A stretch of DNA of 64,000 nucleotides from Candidatus Multivorans sp. Its GTDB lineage: Bacteria; Acidobacteriota; Thermoanaerobaculia; Multivoradales; Multivoraceae. The stretch is from positions 3,104,001-3,168,000 of the forward strand of contig OZ251997.1 of assembly GCA_965247095.1 (NCBI GenBank). Direction: 5' to 3'. The notes beneath the pieces were generated by a model that worked only from the letters and a program-made list of their open reading frames with translations, did no database searches and had not been told where the DNA came from. Each line of letters starts with the position of its first letter. Positions within the stretch are counted from its first letter, which is position 1. Made by a program: the position numbers and the translations under genes. Shown in pieces: positions 10,087 through 23,036 of the stretch.

Positions 10087-10293
10087 GTGATGCCGGAATC
10101 CACCGCGGTTGAGAAACCTGATCACAAGATCCCCCTCGATCGCCGTGCCCTCCTTGGGGCCGGCGTCGTGGGTGCCGCAGTGGAGACGATCGTGACGGAT
10201 CGGGGGCGGGTGCAGATCAAGATCTCGGGCAGTTTCTTCGTCGAAGACGGGCAGATCGTCGAGTGGTTTGAGCTGGTTGAGCCGCAGGGCTGA
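10087..10293 (+). pseudogene. Mini-gene or relic: Tat signal joined to the C-terminal strand pair of an NTF2/SnoaL/limonene-epoxide-hydrolase-like protein
   Basis: DRRALLGAGVVGAA followed almost immediately by ISGSFFVEDGQIVEWFE; only 68 aa. Confidence 0.5.
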
Positions 10294-10309
10294 GACCCTT
10301 GGGTCCGTG

Positions 10310-12127
10310 ATGCAGATCCGCGCCTGTACCCTCGGGGCGGTTCAAGCGGCGGTCTTCGTGCTCCTGTTTCTCGGTCCGCTATCCGTCCTTCTTGCGGATG
10401 GCGGTGACTGGCCCCAGTGGCGTGGTCCCGACCGGAACGGAGTCGCCCCGGCTGCTGGCAACGAGCAGCTTCAGGCGGCGCTCGAAGGGCCCCTTCCGGC
10501 CGCGTTGCACCAGGTTTGGAAGCTCGAAGTGGGTCTCGGGCAGTCCGCGCCGATCATTCACCGGGGCCGGCTCTACATCCACGCCCGGCAGGGTGAAGAA
10601 GAGGTCGTCCTCGCCCTCTCTCCGGACACGGGAGAGGAGATCTGGCGCTATGCCTACCCGGTCCCCTACAAGGAAGTGACGCACGCGGCGGCGTGGGGTC
10701 CAGGCCCCAAGTCGACACTGGTGGCGGAGGGGGACTCCATCTACAGCTTCGGGGTCACAGAGCGACTGCACGCCCTGGATGCCGAGTTTGGCGATGTCCT
10801 ATGGGACAAGAGCTACGACGACATCTACGAGCAGCCGTATCCGGAGTGCGGCGCCAGCGCCTCGCCCTTGATCGAAGGGGATCTCATCGTCGTGCCGATC
10901 GGCCAGACCTGGCCGGATCCTTCCCTCGTAAGTGTTGGAGCGTTGATCGCCTACAACCGGTACACGGGTGAAGAAGTGTGGCGGACCGAGGAGTTCCCGC
11001 CGAGCTACGCCTCGCCGATGGCGTTCACGATCGGTGGCGTCCGGCAGATCGTGACGCTGACCCAGAACAACGCGATCGGCGTCCGCGCCAGTGACGGCAA
11101 GCTCCTGTGGTCGAAGGAGATGCGCACGTTCATGGAGATGAACATCACGACGCCCGTGCTCTACGAGGACCGGATCCTGATCGGCGGCTACCATTGGGGG
11201 AACACGCTGCTCGGGGTTGAACCCCGGAGCGGATCGACTGATCAGCCTTGGCAGGTGAACAATGTCTGGGCGTCGAAGCGGCACGAGCTTTACATGGACT
11301 CGGCGGTGCTCGTCGACGACTACGTCTACTTTCGTTCCAACAAGAGGCTCGGGACACTCGTTTGCGTCGATGTCCGGACCGGGGAGCAGTGCTGGCGGGG
11401 CCCGCCCCAGGCGGCGCGGTACGCGACCTTCGTCGTGGTGGGAGATCGGCTTCTCGTGCTGACGGACAACGGCGACATCAAGGTGGTCGCGGCCGATCCG
11501 GCGGAGTACCGGGAGCTGGCGTCCTGGGAGGTCGCCGACACTCCCGTGTTTACCCACCTGACGGTCGCCGGGTCGCGGATGTACGTCAAGGACGCGGCGC
11601 ACCTGGTCGCGTTCGAGATCGCTGCCGACCGGGTCACGAAGGCGCCGGACCGCCCGGCCGAGACCGCCGTCGCGGATGCCTGGGCGCCGACGCCGGAGGA
11701 TGAGGCGGCGGCCCTCGAGGTGGCCGCCAACGTGCTCGACACGCAGAAGGAGGCGACGACCTGGGAACAGGTCGAAGAGCACCTGAGCTACTGGGCCGAC
11801 GACTTCAGCGACTACTCCGGCCAGATGAAGGCGGACTGGACGGAGATGTACCGGCGCAGGTTCGAGCAGATCGGCAGGATCGGCTCGCCGCTCGGGGCCG
11901 ACGTCAAGTCGATGTACGTCGAGTGGGCCGGTGAGGTGGCCATCGTGCGGGGCATCTTCATCGACTTTCGGCCCGCTCGGCAGGGCATCATGGAACGCCT
12001 CTTCTACCTGAGGAAGTACGGGGGCACATGGAAGATCACCGCCCTGGACGGCATACCGATCTGGGAGAGGTGGGGATCGAAGGGCGAACTCAAGGCCACC
12101 GAATTCAGTGCCGAGAGTCCGGAGTGA
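10310..12127 (+). CDS. Secreted PQQ-like/BamB-type beta-propeller protein with C-terminal NTF2-like domain
   Basis: Signal peptide, DWPQWRGPDRNG, repeated 'ALxxxTGEEIW/VW' blades, C-terminal 'LSYWADDF...LRKYGGTWKITALD'. Confidence 0.8.
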   Translation: MQIRACTLGAVQAAVFVLLFLGPLSVLLADGGDWPQWRGPDRNGVAPAAGNEQLQAALEGPLPAALHQVWKLEVGLGQSAPIIHRGRLYIHARQGEEEVVLALSPDTGEEIWRYAYPVPYKEVTHAAAWGPGPKSTLVAEGDSIYSFGVTERLHALDAEFGDVLWDKSYDDIYEQPYPECGASASPLIEGDLIVVPIGQTWPDPSLVSVGALIAYNRYTGEEVWRTEEFPPSYASPMAFTIGGVRQIVTLTQNNAIGVRASDGKLLWSKEMRTFMEMNITTPVLYEDRILIGGYHWGNTLLGVEPRSGSTDQPWQVNNVWASKRHELYMDSAVLVDDYVYFRSNKRLGTLVCVDVRTGEQCWRGPPQAARYATFVVVGDRLLVLTDNGDIKVVAADPAEYRELASWEVADTPVFTHLTVAGSRMYVKDAAHLVAFEIAADRVTKAPDRPAETAVADAWAPTPEDEAAALEVAANVLDTQKEATTWEQVEEHLSYWADDFSDYSGQMKADWTEMYRRRFEQIGRIGSPLGADVKSMYVEWAGEVAIVRGIFIDFRPARQGIMERLFYLRKYGGTWKITALDGIPIWERWGSKGELKATEFSAESPE

Positions 12128-12452
12128 GGAGCAGCCTGCCGATCTGGTCTGCTACTCGGTGACGCGTTCGAAACGCCGGTCGCCCCGGTAACGGGCGGCA
12201 AGGCGCTCTTCGCTTCAACTGGCCAGGCGATGGCCGGTGTCGATCCGTCGTTTCTTCTCTGCTTCCGTACAAACCGCGGGTTCGGCGGTCCTGCGAGTTT
12301 CACGCGAGAGAGAACCCCACAGGTCCCCGAATCGGAGATAGGATCGAGCGTTTACGCGCTCAGCGTGGCGGATCGGCCCCATGGGACTTAGCTCCAGCCC
12401 CGTTTCTGCGCGCGTTTCGCGCCTTTCACCGAAGCCAACTGGCGACTGTGTC

Positions 12453-15419
12453 GTGAAGCTGTTTCCCCGTCTTGAATTCCACCGCACCGGCATCGGACTG
12501 CTGCCGGATCCGCACGATCCAGAGCCGGGTTCGGCGGTGCATCTGGCCAACGTGGCGGGGTCGAAGCGGCCACTCACGTTCTGCAGTTGTTCGGCCGGGC
12601 GGCGCAGCGGCTGCCGCCATCTGAAGCAGCTCGAAGGCCAGATCCGGGAGTTCCACCGCGCCCTCGGCGGCAGTTGGTTCGACCTGTTTTCACGCAGCGG
12701 CTGGTTCCGGCTCGCTCAGACACTCTTCGAGGACAGCCTTCCTTCCGTTTCGGATTGCAGCGTTCTGCAGGAGCGGCCGGGCGGGCCGATCCGTCTGTTT
12801 TCGCCGGCTGGGGTGGAGGTTCTCTGCTACCTGGAGCAGTCTCCATCGGTGGTTCGCTTCCTCGAGCGGATCGGGAAGCTCTCGTCCGGCGCCTCGGTGG
12901 CGGATCGTTCGGGTCTCCTGGAGCGTCTCTCGACCTTCATGCGTACGCCAGAGGAGCAGCACCTGAACAAGGCCGGAATGCAGACGAACCGGCAGTTCTT
13001 CGAGCGGAGTCTCTGGTGCCGCATCGCCTACCACGCGTTGCGGGAGTATGGCGACATCCCCGGTGGCGCGCCTGACATGGCGGAGCTTGTCAAGGCCCGG
13101 ATCCGGCTCGAGCCCGCGGTCGACCTCCGTAGCGGCAGCGTGTTTCTAAAGGTCAGGGTCGATTCCGATGTCTCGGTTCGCTTTCACATTGCGGTGCCGC
13201 CGAGGCGGGTGGCCGACGTGCTCGCGCTGCTGGCGGATACGGGGCAGGACTCGGTTGCGCCGCTGCCGGCGGCGGACCTCTTCTACGTCGGGCCGGACAC
13301 GAGGATCGAAGAGAAGCGGAAGCTCGACGCCCTGCGCCTCGCCGCGGAGGGCGAGGAGATACTCGACGAACCCGGGCGGAAGCGCTTTCAGTACGGCGAC
13401 CTCGTGTTCCTCGAGGAACTGGGGATTCTCGTGCGGCGGTCGGAGCGGGGCGAGGGAAGGTGGCGCGAACCCAGGTCTCTGGACCTCGAGACCGCGGCCA
13501 TCGGTACGTTTCGCTCGGCGCCACCCACCCTGGAACCTGCGCCGACCCTGGCCGAGAACCCCCTGGCCAGCCTGGGCATTCTGACCGAGTTCGACTACAT
13601 CGAGATCGCGCCCGAGGGCGAAGACGAAGAGGACGACCTGCTGTCGATCCGCTACGGTTTCGGCAGCGGCGACGTGGGGCTGAACGAGCTGCTCGAAGCG
13701 AAACGGGCGGGCCAGCCCTATCTCGAGACGGCCTCCGGCTGGATCGATCTGAACGCGCCGGCGCTGCGCAATTTGGGCTCGCTGCCCGGTCGTGGGGAGC
13801 GTGCCGGGCGGGCCAGCGTCAAGGGCAACGGCGGCGCGGGCCGCGTGCGCCTTTCGTCGGCTGAACTGCTGCGGCTTCAGGCCTCGAGCGCGGCGCCGAT
13901 CCGGGTCGAGGGCGAGGGAAGCCGGACGGATTTCCTGCGCCGATTCCTGGCCTTGAGGCCCGCCGATCCACTGGTCGAGCCGGAGGGGTTGAAGAGCGTC
14001 CTCCGGCCGTACCAGAAGCTGGGCGTGGAGTGGCTCAAGTTCCTGTACGAGAACGGTCTGGCCGGCTTGCTGTGCGACGACATGGGGTTGGGGAAGACCC
14101 ACCAGGCGATGGCCCTGATGGTCCTTCTGCGCGAGCAGTTGGCTGTGGACCTGCCGATTCTGGTCGTCTGCCCGCGCACCGTGATCAGCCACTGGCGGAA
14201 CAAGCTGCGCGAGTACGCTCCGGGTTTGCGGCCGGTCTACTACCACGGACCTCACCGCAATCTGGAGGAATCGCTGGCCCAGGGCGACGTGGTGCTCACC
14301 TCGTACGGTGTGATGCGCAACGATGTCGAGCAGTTCGGCGAGCGACTGTGGGGCCTGATCGTGTTCGACGAAGTTCAGCAGATCAAGAACCGCAGCACGC
14401 AGGGCTATCGGGCCGCGGTGGCGCTTACGGCGCGCATGAAGATCGGGCTGACCGGCACGCCGATCGAGAACTCGCTGACCGAACTGAAGGGACTCTTCGA
14501 TCTCGTGCTGCCCGGCTATCTGGGCGGTGACGACAGCTACGTCGACTTCATAGGGCCGAACGAACTCGATGCCGACTCGTGGTACGCGGTCAACCTGCGG
14601 CGTCTGACCGCGCCCTTCGTCCTGCGCCGGGTGAAGAAGGCGGTTCTGGACGAACTGCCGGAGAAGATCGAGGATGTCCGCACCTGCCGCCTGAGCGAGG
14701 AGCAGTTCGGCATGTACCGGCAGACGATCGAGACGAAGGGCGCGGCGCTGATGAAGACGCTGCGGAGCGAACGGGGCTCGTTGCCCTACATCCACATCTT
14801 CGCCCTGCTGAACATGCTGAAGCAGATCTGCGATCATCCCGCCTTGGCGGTCGGTGACCTCGACCGCTACGAGAACTACGAGTCGGGGAAGTGGGATCTG
14901 TGCAAGGAGCTGCTGGAGGAGAGCTTCGACAGCGGCCAGAAGGTCGTCGTCTTCACCCAGTACCTGGGCATGATCGCGATCCTGGAGCGCCACCTGACGA
15001 AGCTCGGCATCGACTACGTCACCCTGACGGGTTCGACCCGCGAACGCGGCAAGGTCGTGGATCGGTTCAACAACGAAGACGAGTGCCGGGTGTTCCTGGG
15101 CAGCCTGAAGGCCGGGGGTACGGGGATCGACCTGGTTGGCGGTTCGGTCGTGATCCACTACGACCGCTGGTGGAACGCCGCTCGGGAGGATCAGGCGACC
15201 GACCGCCTCTACCGCATCGGCCAGAAGCGTGTCGTGCACGTGTTCAAGCTGATTACGGAGGAGACGCTGGAAGAACGGATCGCGGCGATCATCGACCGCA
15301 AGCGCCGGCTGATGGAGAGCGTGGTGCAGGAGGACGATCCGCGTCTGAACAAGATCTTCTCGCGCGAAGAACTGATCGAGCTGTTGCAGGGACCGGGGCT
15401 GGAAGATGCTTCGCCATGA
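12453..15419 (+). CDS. SWIM zinc-finger SNF2/SWI2-family ATPase/helicase
   Basis: FCSCSAGRRSGCRHL (SWIM), LRPYQ, LCDDMGLGKT, FDEVQQIKN, LTGTPIEN, SLKAGGTGIDL, WWNAAREDQATDRLYRIGQ. Start uncertain (12381 or GTG 12453). Confidence 0.9.
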   Translation: MKLFPRLEFHRTGIGLLPDPHDPEPGSAVHLANVAGSKRPLTFCSCSAGRRSGCRHLKQLEGQIREFHRALGGSWFDLFSRSGWFRLAQTLFEDSLPSVSDCSVLQERPGGPIRLFSPAGVEVLCYLEQSPSVVRFLERIGKLSSGASVADRSGLLERLSTFMRTPEEQHLNKAGMQTNRQFFERSLWCRIAYHALREYGDIPGGAPDMAELVKARIRLEPAVDLRSGSVFLKVRVDSDVSVRFHIAVPPRRVADVLALLADTGQDSVAPLPAADLFYVGPDTRIEEKRKLDALRLAAEGEEILDEPGRKRFQYGDLVFLEELGILVRRSERGEGRWREPRSLDLETAAIGTFRSAPPTLEPAPTLAENPLASLGILTEFDYIEIAPEGEDEEDDLLSIRYGFGSGDVGLNELLEAKRAGQPYLETASGWIDLNAPALRNLGSLPGRGERAGRASVKGNGGAGRVRLSSAELLRLQASSAAPIRVEGEGSRTDFLRRFLALRPADPLVEPEGLKSVLRPYQKLGVEWLKFLYENGLAGLLCDDMGLGKTHQAMALMVLLREQLAVDLPILVVCPRTVISHWRNKLREYAPGLRPVYYHGPHRNLEESLAQGDVVLTSYGVMRNDVEQFGERLWGLIVFDEVQQIKNRSTQGYRAAVALTARMKIGLTGTPIENSLTELKGLFDLVLPGYLGGDDSYVDFIGPNELDADSWYAVNLRRLTAPFVLRRVKKAVLDELPEKIEDVRTCRLSEEQFGMYRQTIETKGAALMKTLRSERGSLPYIHIFALLNMLKQICDHPALAVGDLDRYENYESGKWDLCKELLEESFDSGQKVVVFTQYLGMIAILERHLTKLGIDYVTLTGSTRERGKVVDRFNNEDECRVFLGSLKAGGTGIDLVGGSVVIHYDRWWNAAREDQATDRLYRIGQKRVVHVFKLITEETLEERIAAIIDRKRRLMESVVQEDDPRLNKIFSREELIELLQGPGLEDASP

Positions 15420-15448
15420 TGTGAGGATGGCGCATGTGAGGATGGCGC
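15419..15448 (+). repeat. Perfect 15-bp tandem duplication covering the cimA RBS
   Basis: ATGTGAGGATGGCGC x2 (15419-15433, 15434-15448). Confidence 0.9.
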
Positions 15449-15449
15449 C

Positions 15450-17015
15450 TTGACGACCTTCCGGATCGAGCTCTACGACACGACGCTGCGCGACGGCACG
15501 CAGCGCGAGAACATCTCGCTGTCTCTGGTCGACAAGGTGGCGATCGCCCGGCGCCTCGACGCCTTCGGCATCCCCTACATCGAGTGCGGCTGGCCGGGAT
15601 CGAACCCGAAGGACGCCGATTTCTTCGAGGCGATCCGCGAGGTCGAACTGAAACAGGCGAAGATCTGCGCGTTCGGCAGCACGCGGCGCAAGCACAGCGC
15701 GTGCGCCCACGACGGCAACGTCCAGGCGCTGGTCGCTGCGAAGACGCCCACCGTTACCCTGGTCGGCAAGAGCTGGGATCTGCATATCGAGAAGGTCCTC
15801 GAGACGAACGCCGAAGAGAACGAGGCGATGATCGGCGACACCGTCGGCTACTTGAAGGACCTCGGCCGCGAGGTGATCTACGACGCCGAGCACTTCTTCG
15901 ATGGCCTGGCCGGAAACCCGGAGTGCGCCCTCGGCACGCTGCGCGCGGCTGCTGCGGCGGGCGCCGACTACATCGTGCTCTGTGACACGAACGGCGGCAC
16001 TCTGCCGTGGCAGATCGAAGCGGGTGTCGATGCCGCGCGGGCCGAGCTCGGCCCGGACGTCCGGATCGGCATCCACACCCACGACGACGGCGGCTGCGGC
16101 GTCGCCAACTCGCTGGCGGCGGTGCGGGCCGGCGCGGTCATGGTGCAGGGCACGATCAACGGCTACGGCGAGCGGGTGGCGAACGCGAACCTGGTCACCA
16201 TCGTGCCGGACCTGCAGTGCAAGATGGGGTTCTCCTGCGTTCCCGACGAGAGCCTGCATGAGTTGACCGCGCTGTCGCGCTACGTCGCGGAGGTTGCCAA
16301 CATCACGCATGACGACCACCTGCCGTACGTCGGCCGGAGCGCCTTCGCCCACAAGGGCGGCATCCACGTCGCCGCGATGCTCAAGGAACCGACCAGCTAC
16401 CAGCACCTCGAGCCGGAGGTGGTGGGCAACGAGATGCGTACCGTGGTCTCCGAACTCGCCGGGCGGGGCAACATCGTCCACCTGGCTGAGAGCACCGGCG
16501 TCGGCGCCGATACGCCGTACGCGCGCGAGGTGCTGCACAAGGTCAAGGAACTTGAGAACCGCGGCTACAGCTTCGAGGCAGCCGCAGCCTCCGTCGAACT
16601 CATGCTGCGCCAGGCGGAGCCCGGGTATGAAGCGCCGTTCCGACTGATCGACTTCCTGACCGTCGTCGAACACCGCGATGGCCGCGGCCTGGTTGCCGAG
16701 GCGACGGTCAAGGTCGAGGTGCCGGGCGGCACGATCGCCCATACCGCCTCCGAGGGCAATGGCCCGGTCAACGCCCTGGCTCACGCCCTGCGCAAGGCCC
16801 TGGAGCCGCACTACCCGCAACTGGGCGAGATGCGGCTGGCCGACTACAAGGTCCGCATCCTGGACAGCGCCCACGGTACGGCCGCCATCACCCGGGTGTT
16901 GGTGGACTTCGTGGCCGGCGGCGACCGGTGGACCACGGTCGGCGCGGGGACCAACATCATCGAGGCGAGCTGGGAAGCTCTGTCCGACGCGATCGAGTAC
17001 GGGTTGACGAAGTAA
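15450..17015 (+). CDS. cimA: Citramalate synthase
   Basis: [58 protein letters not shown], LeuA-like regulatory domain ([16 protein letters not shown]). Confidence 0.9.
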   Translation: MTTFRIELYDTTLRDGTQRENISLSLVDKVAIARRLDAFGIPYIECGWPGSNPKDADFFEAIREVELKQAKICAFGSTRRKHSACAHDGNVQALVAAKTPTVTLVGKSWDLHIEKVLETNAEENEAMIGDTVGYLKDLGREVIYDAEHFFDGLAGNPECALGTLRAAAAAGADYIVLCDTNGGTLPWQIEAGVDAARAELGPDVRIGIHTHDDGGCGVANSLAAVRAGAVMVQGTINGYGERVANANLVTIVPDLQCKMGFSCVPDESLHELTALSRYVAEVANITHDDHLPYVGRSAFAHKGGIHVAAMLKEPTSYQHLEPEVVGNEMRTVVSELAGRGNIVHLAESTGVGADTPYAREVLHKVKELENRGYSFEAAAASVELMLRQAEPGYEAPFRLIDFLTVVEHRDGRGLVAEATVKVEVPGGTIAHTASEGNGPVNALAHALRKALEPHYPQLGEMRLADYKVRILDSAHGTAAITRVLVDFVAGGDRWTTVGAGTNIIEASWEALSDAIEYGLTK

Positions 17016-17051
17016 CCGCGCCCGGCTCCGGCCGCGCGACGCGTCGTCCGG

Positions 17052-17535
17052 CTACTCGGGCTTGCGGGCGTGGAGGAAGTACATCGGCGTGAAGATGCCG
17101 AGCCGGCCCGCTTCCGCCATGGCCGCCGCGCAGAGGTTCAGGACGTTCGATACGCGCTCGTTCGACCTGGTACCCGTTGTTGTTCACGCCGAGGATGCTG
17201 GCGCCCGAGAACCGGGCAATCTCGCGTTGGGGCCCGCCCAGGCCGCAACCGAAGTCGGCGGCCAGCATTCCAGGCCTCAGACCCAGCCTGTGGGCCAGGT
17301 AGTGCTCGTGACGCGCGAGCGACGCAGCAAAGCTCTCTTTCGGCGCCCGGGGAGCGAAATGGAAAGATTGTCCCCAGCCGTACTCATAGAAATCGGTGAC
17401 GAGATCGTAGTAGGCCTTGGTGAAACTCGCGTTATCCTTTTTCTTGCGATACAAGTCCTCGTAGTACTGAAACTGGGAGACAACCTGATCGTTGTCAGCA
17501 GTATCCTGGAGGACGTTTGCCAGCTTGACGGCCAT
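17052..17535 (-). pseudogene. Sterol 24-C-methyltransferase (ERG6/SMT-like) relic with a large frameshifting internal deletion
   Basis: N-part [21 protein letters not shown]...RHEHYLA...[35 protein letters not shown]. After about 17155 another frame reads [33 protein letters not shown] (SMT C-terminus). Confidence 0.85.
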
Positions 17536-17622
17536 CGAATATCTTACGCTAGCGGCGGGTCGTGACGGTGTCAAACCGCGAGGCGCCCCCTTGAGCGCTG
17601 CCCGCCGGCCGCGGGTTTGCCG

Positions 17623-20546
<2,924 letters not shown>

Positions 20547-20550
<4 letters not shown>

Positions 20551-21500
20551 TGCTTGGTGAAGAGCCAGGCTACGTAGGGGCCGTAGGCCGCGAGCAGCAG
20601 GATGCCCCAGGTTCGTCCGATGCTGCGCCCGTGCCTCAGCATGTAGATGGCGAGAAACAGGAGCAGGCTGAAGACGAGCATCACGACGGCGTCCAGGCCT
20701 TCGGCAGCGAGAGTGGTGGTGAAGGGGCGGAGAATCGTGCCGGCGGGCAGCACGAGCAGGATGTTGAACACGTTCGAGCCGATGATGTTCCCCAGCACGA
20801 TGCCGTGGTGCTTGCGGTATGCCGCCACCAGGCAGGCAGCGAGCTCCGGGACACTGGTTCCGAAGGCGACGACGGTCAGGCCGATGACCCGCTCGCTGAC
20901 GCCGACCGCACTGGCCAGATCCTGTGCTGCCGGAACGAGGAGTCGGTCGGCGCCCAAGATCAGCAACGCCAGTCCCAACAGGGTACCCAGGACGGCCTTG
21001 AGTCGATTCACGCCGTGCGACTCTGGCGCGTCGACGTTGCCGGTGCGTACCAGAACGACGAGAAAGAACGCCATCAGTGCGAGCAGCACCGCGCCTTCGA
21101 AGCGCCCAAGGCGTCCGATGGCGGCGAAGATCAGCACGAGGAGTGACGTGGCGAGCAGGAAGGGCAACTCGCGGCGAACCAGGCGCACGGCCTGTCGCTC
21201 GCTGGCGTCGTCGTGGTTGTGGAGCGGAACCGCCAGCGCCGAGAGACCGAGGATGAGGCCGACGTTGGCGATGTTCGATCCGACGACGTTGCCGTAGATC
21301 AACCCGGGCGAATCGCGTAGCGCGGCGAAGACCACCGTCACCAGCTCCGGCGCCGAGGTGCCGAAGGCGACAACGGTCAGACCGATAACGGTCGGACTCA
21401 CCCGCAACACCGCGGCCAGACCGGTCACCGAGCGCACGAGGACCTCGCCGCCGGCCCAGAGCACGGCGATGCCGAGCACGATGAGGAGTACGGAGATCAA
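20547..21500 (-). CDS. Calcium/sodium antiporter (YrbG family)
   Basis: Two alpha repeats [19 protein letters not shown]...[20 protein letters not shown]; about 10 TM segments. Confidence 0.9.
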
Positions 21501-21522
21501 GAGCGGTCGGCGCCGTGGCGGA

Positions 21523-22974
21523 TCAGGGGAAGATCCCCGCGGTCTTGTAGGAGGCCGCGACCTTGTCGATGGCCAGGGCCATCGCCGCGGTGCGCAGGTC
21601 GACGCCGGGGCCCGCCTTCTTCTGGAACCTGCGCATGTGGTGATAGGCGGTGGCCATGGTCTCTTCGAGGCCGGAGTTCACGAGGTCGATCTCGTCCGCG
21701 CCCCGGGCCAGGATCTTGATCTCGCCGTCGCTGAAGCTGACGCCGGTGGCTGAACTCAACGCGTGCAGCAGATCGCGGCGCACGTCTTCCTCGAAGCGCT
21801 TCTGCATTCGCCCGAAGCGGACGTGGGAGAGGTTCTTGAGCCACTCGAAGTAGGACACGGTGACGCCGCCGGCGTTCAGGTAGACATCCGGAATCACCAG
21901 GATGCCGCGCTTGGCGGCGGCCATGCTCGCAAAGGAGGTCGTCGGTCCGTTCGCCGCTTCGGCCAGGATGCGGCAGGAGATGCGCCCGATGTTCTCCCTG
22001 GTGATCTGGTTCTCGAGCGCCGCCGGGATGAGGATGTCGCAGTCGAGTTCCAGCGCCTTGCGGCTGGGCTCGATGTTGGATGCGCCGGGGAAGTCGAGGA
22101 TCGACCCGGTCTCGCGGCGGTGTTCGACCACGTCGTCGACATCGAGTCCGTCCGTACACGCGATCGCCCCCTCGTACTCGGCGAGACCGACCAGGCGCGC
22201 TCCCGCGTCCTGCAGGTACTTCGCGGCGTGGTAGCCGACGTTGCCCAGCCCCTGGATCACCACGCGTTTGCCCGCGACGCCGGGTTCGAGCCCGAGCTTC
22301 GCCATGTCGTCCTCGAACGAACAGGCTTCGCGGATGCCGAAGAAGACGCCGAGCCCGGTGGCCTGGGTGCGGCCCTGGATGCCGCCGTGCTCGACCGGCT
22401 TGCCGGTGACGCAGGCGGCGACGTTGACCTCGCCGTGCTCGATCTGCGCGTAGGTGTCGGCGATCCAGGCCATTTCCTGCTCGCCGGTGCCGTAGTCCGG
22501 CGCCGGCACGTCCTTGCCGGGGCCGATGAAGGACTTGCGCTGCAGTTCGGCGGTGTAGCGGCGGGTCAGCCGTTCCAACTCGGCCTGGGAGTACTTGTAG
22601 CGGTTGATCCGGACGCCGCCCTTGGCGCCGCCGAAGGGGACGTCGACCAGGGCGCACTTGTAGGTCATCAGCGCCGACAGCGCCATGACCTCGTCTTCGT
22701 TGACGTTCATCGCGTAGCGGATGCCGCCCTTGGTCGGCAAGCGGTGGTGGCTGTGTTCCGCGCGCCAGGCGTCGATGACCTCGATCGACCCGTCGTCCCG
22801 CCGGAGTGGGAAGCTCATGCGGTAGACCGAGTTCACGCACTTCACCTGCTCCAGCAGCGTGGGGTCGTGATCCGTGTGCTTGGCCGCCTCGTCAAAGGAG
22901 GCGTTGACCTGCTCGAAGAAGGTCAGCCGCGGCGCCGCTTTCCGCTCCGTAGACCCGGTTGCCGTTGTCGTCAC
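21523..22974 (-). CDS. gdhA: Glutamate dehydrogenase (Glu/Leu/Phe/Val family)
   Basis: PTKGGIRY, VPFGGAKGG, DVPAPDYGT, IQGLGNVG, EAANGPTT, NAGGVTVSYFEWLKN. Confidence 0.92.
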   Translation of the reverse strand: MTTTATGSTERKAAPRLTFFEQVNASFDEAAKHTDHDPTLLEQVKCVNSVYRMSFPLRRDDGSIEVIDAWRAEHSHHRLPTKGGIRYAMNVNEDEVMALSALMTYKCALVDVPFGGAKGGVRINRYKYSQAELERLTRRYTAELQRKSFIGPGKDVPAPDYGTGEQEMAWIADTYAQIEHGEVNVAACVTGKPVEHGGIQGRTQATGLGVFFGIREACSFEDDMAKLGLEPGVAGKRVVIQGLGNVGYHAAKYLQDAGARLVGLAEYEGAIACTDGLDVDDVVEHRRETGSILDFPGASNIEPSRKALELDCDILIPAALENQITRENIGRISCRILAEAANGPTTSFASMAAAKRGILVIPDVYLNAGGVTVSYFEWLKNLSHVRFGRMQKRFEEDVRRDLLHALSSATGVSFSDGEIKILARGADEIDLVNSGLEETMATAYHHMRRFQKKAGPGVDLRTAAMALAIDKVAASYKTAGIFP

Positions 22975-23036
22975 TCCAAACTCCTCGTCAACGTTGTGCT
23001 TTCCCTGTAGAGGTCAACAGGGGCTAAGGGGTCAAC

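Noticed and set aside
12128-12450. Possible ncRNA in the long intergenic region before the SNF2 gene
   Set aside because: No recognisable tRNA, SRP, tmRNA or riboswitch motif by eye; an Rfam search would be needed.
13146-16874. 1242-aa minus-strand ORF and many similar long antisense ORFs (e.g. 1726-4305, 18343-20370, 26338-28629)
   Set aside because: Shadow ORFs of well-supported genes on the opposite strand in high-GC DNA; no motifs.
22986-23036. Three TTGAC motifs upstream of gdhA (minus strand)
   Set aside because: No convincing -10 at proper spacing and irregular periodicity; cannot be supported as a promoter or operator.
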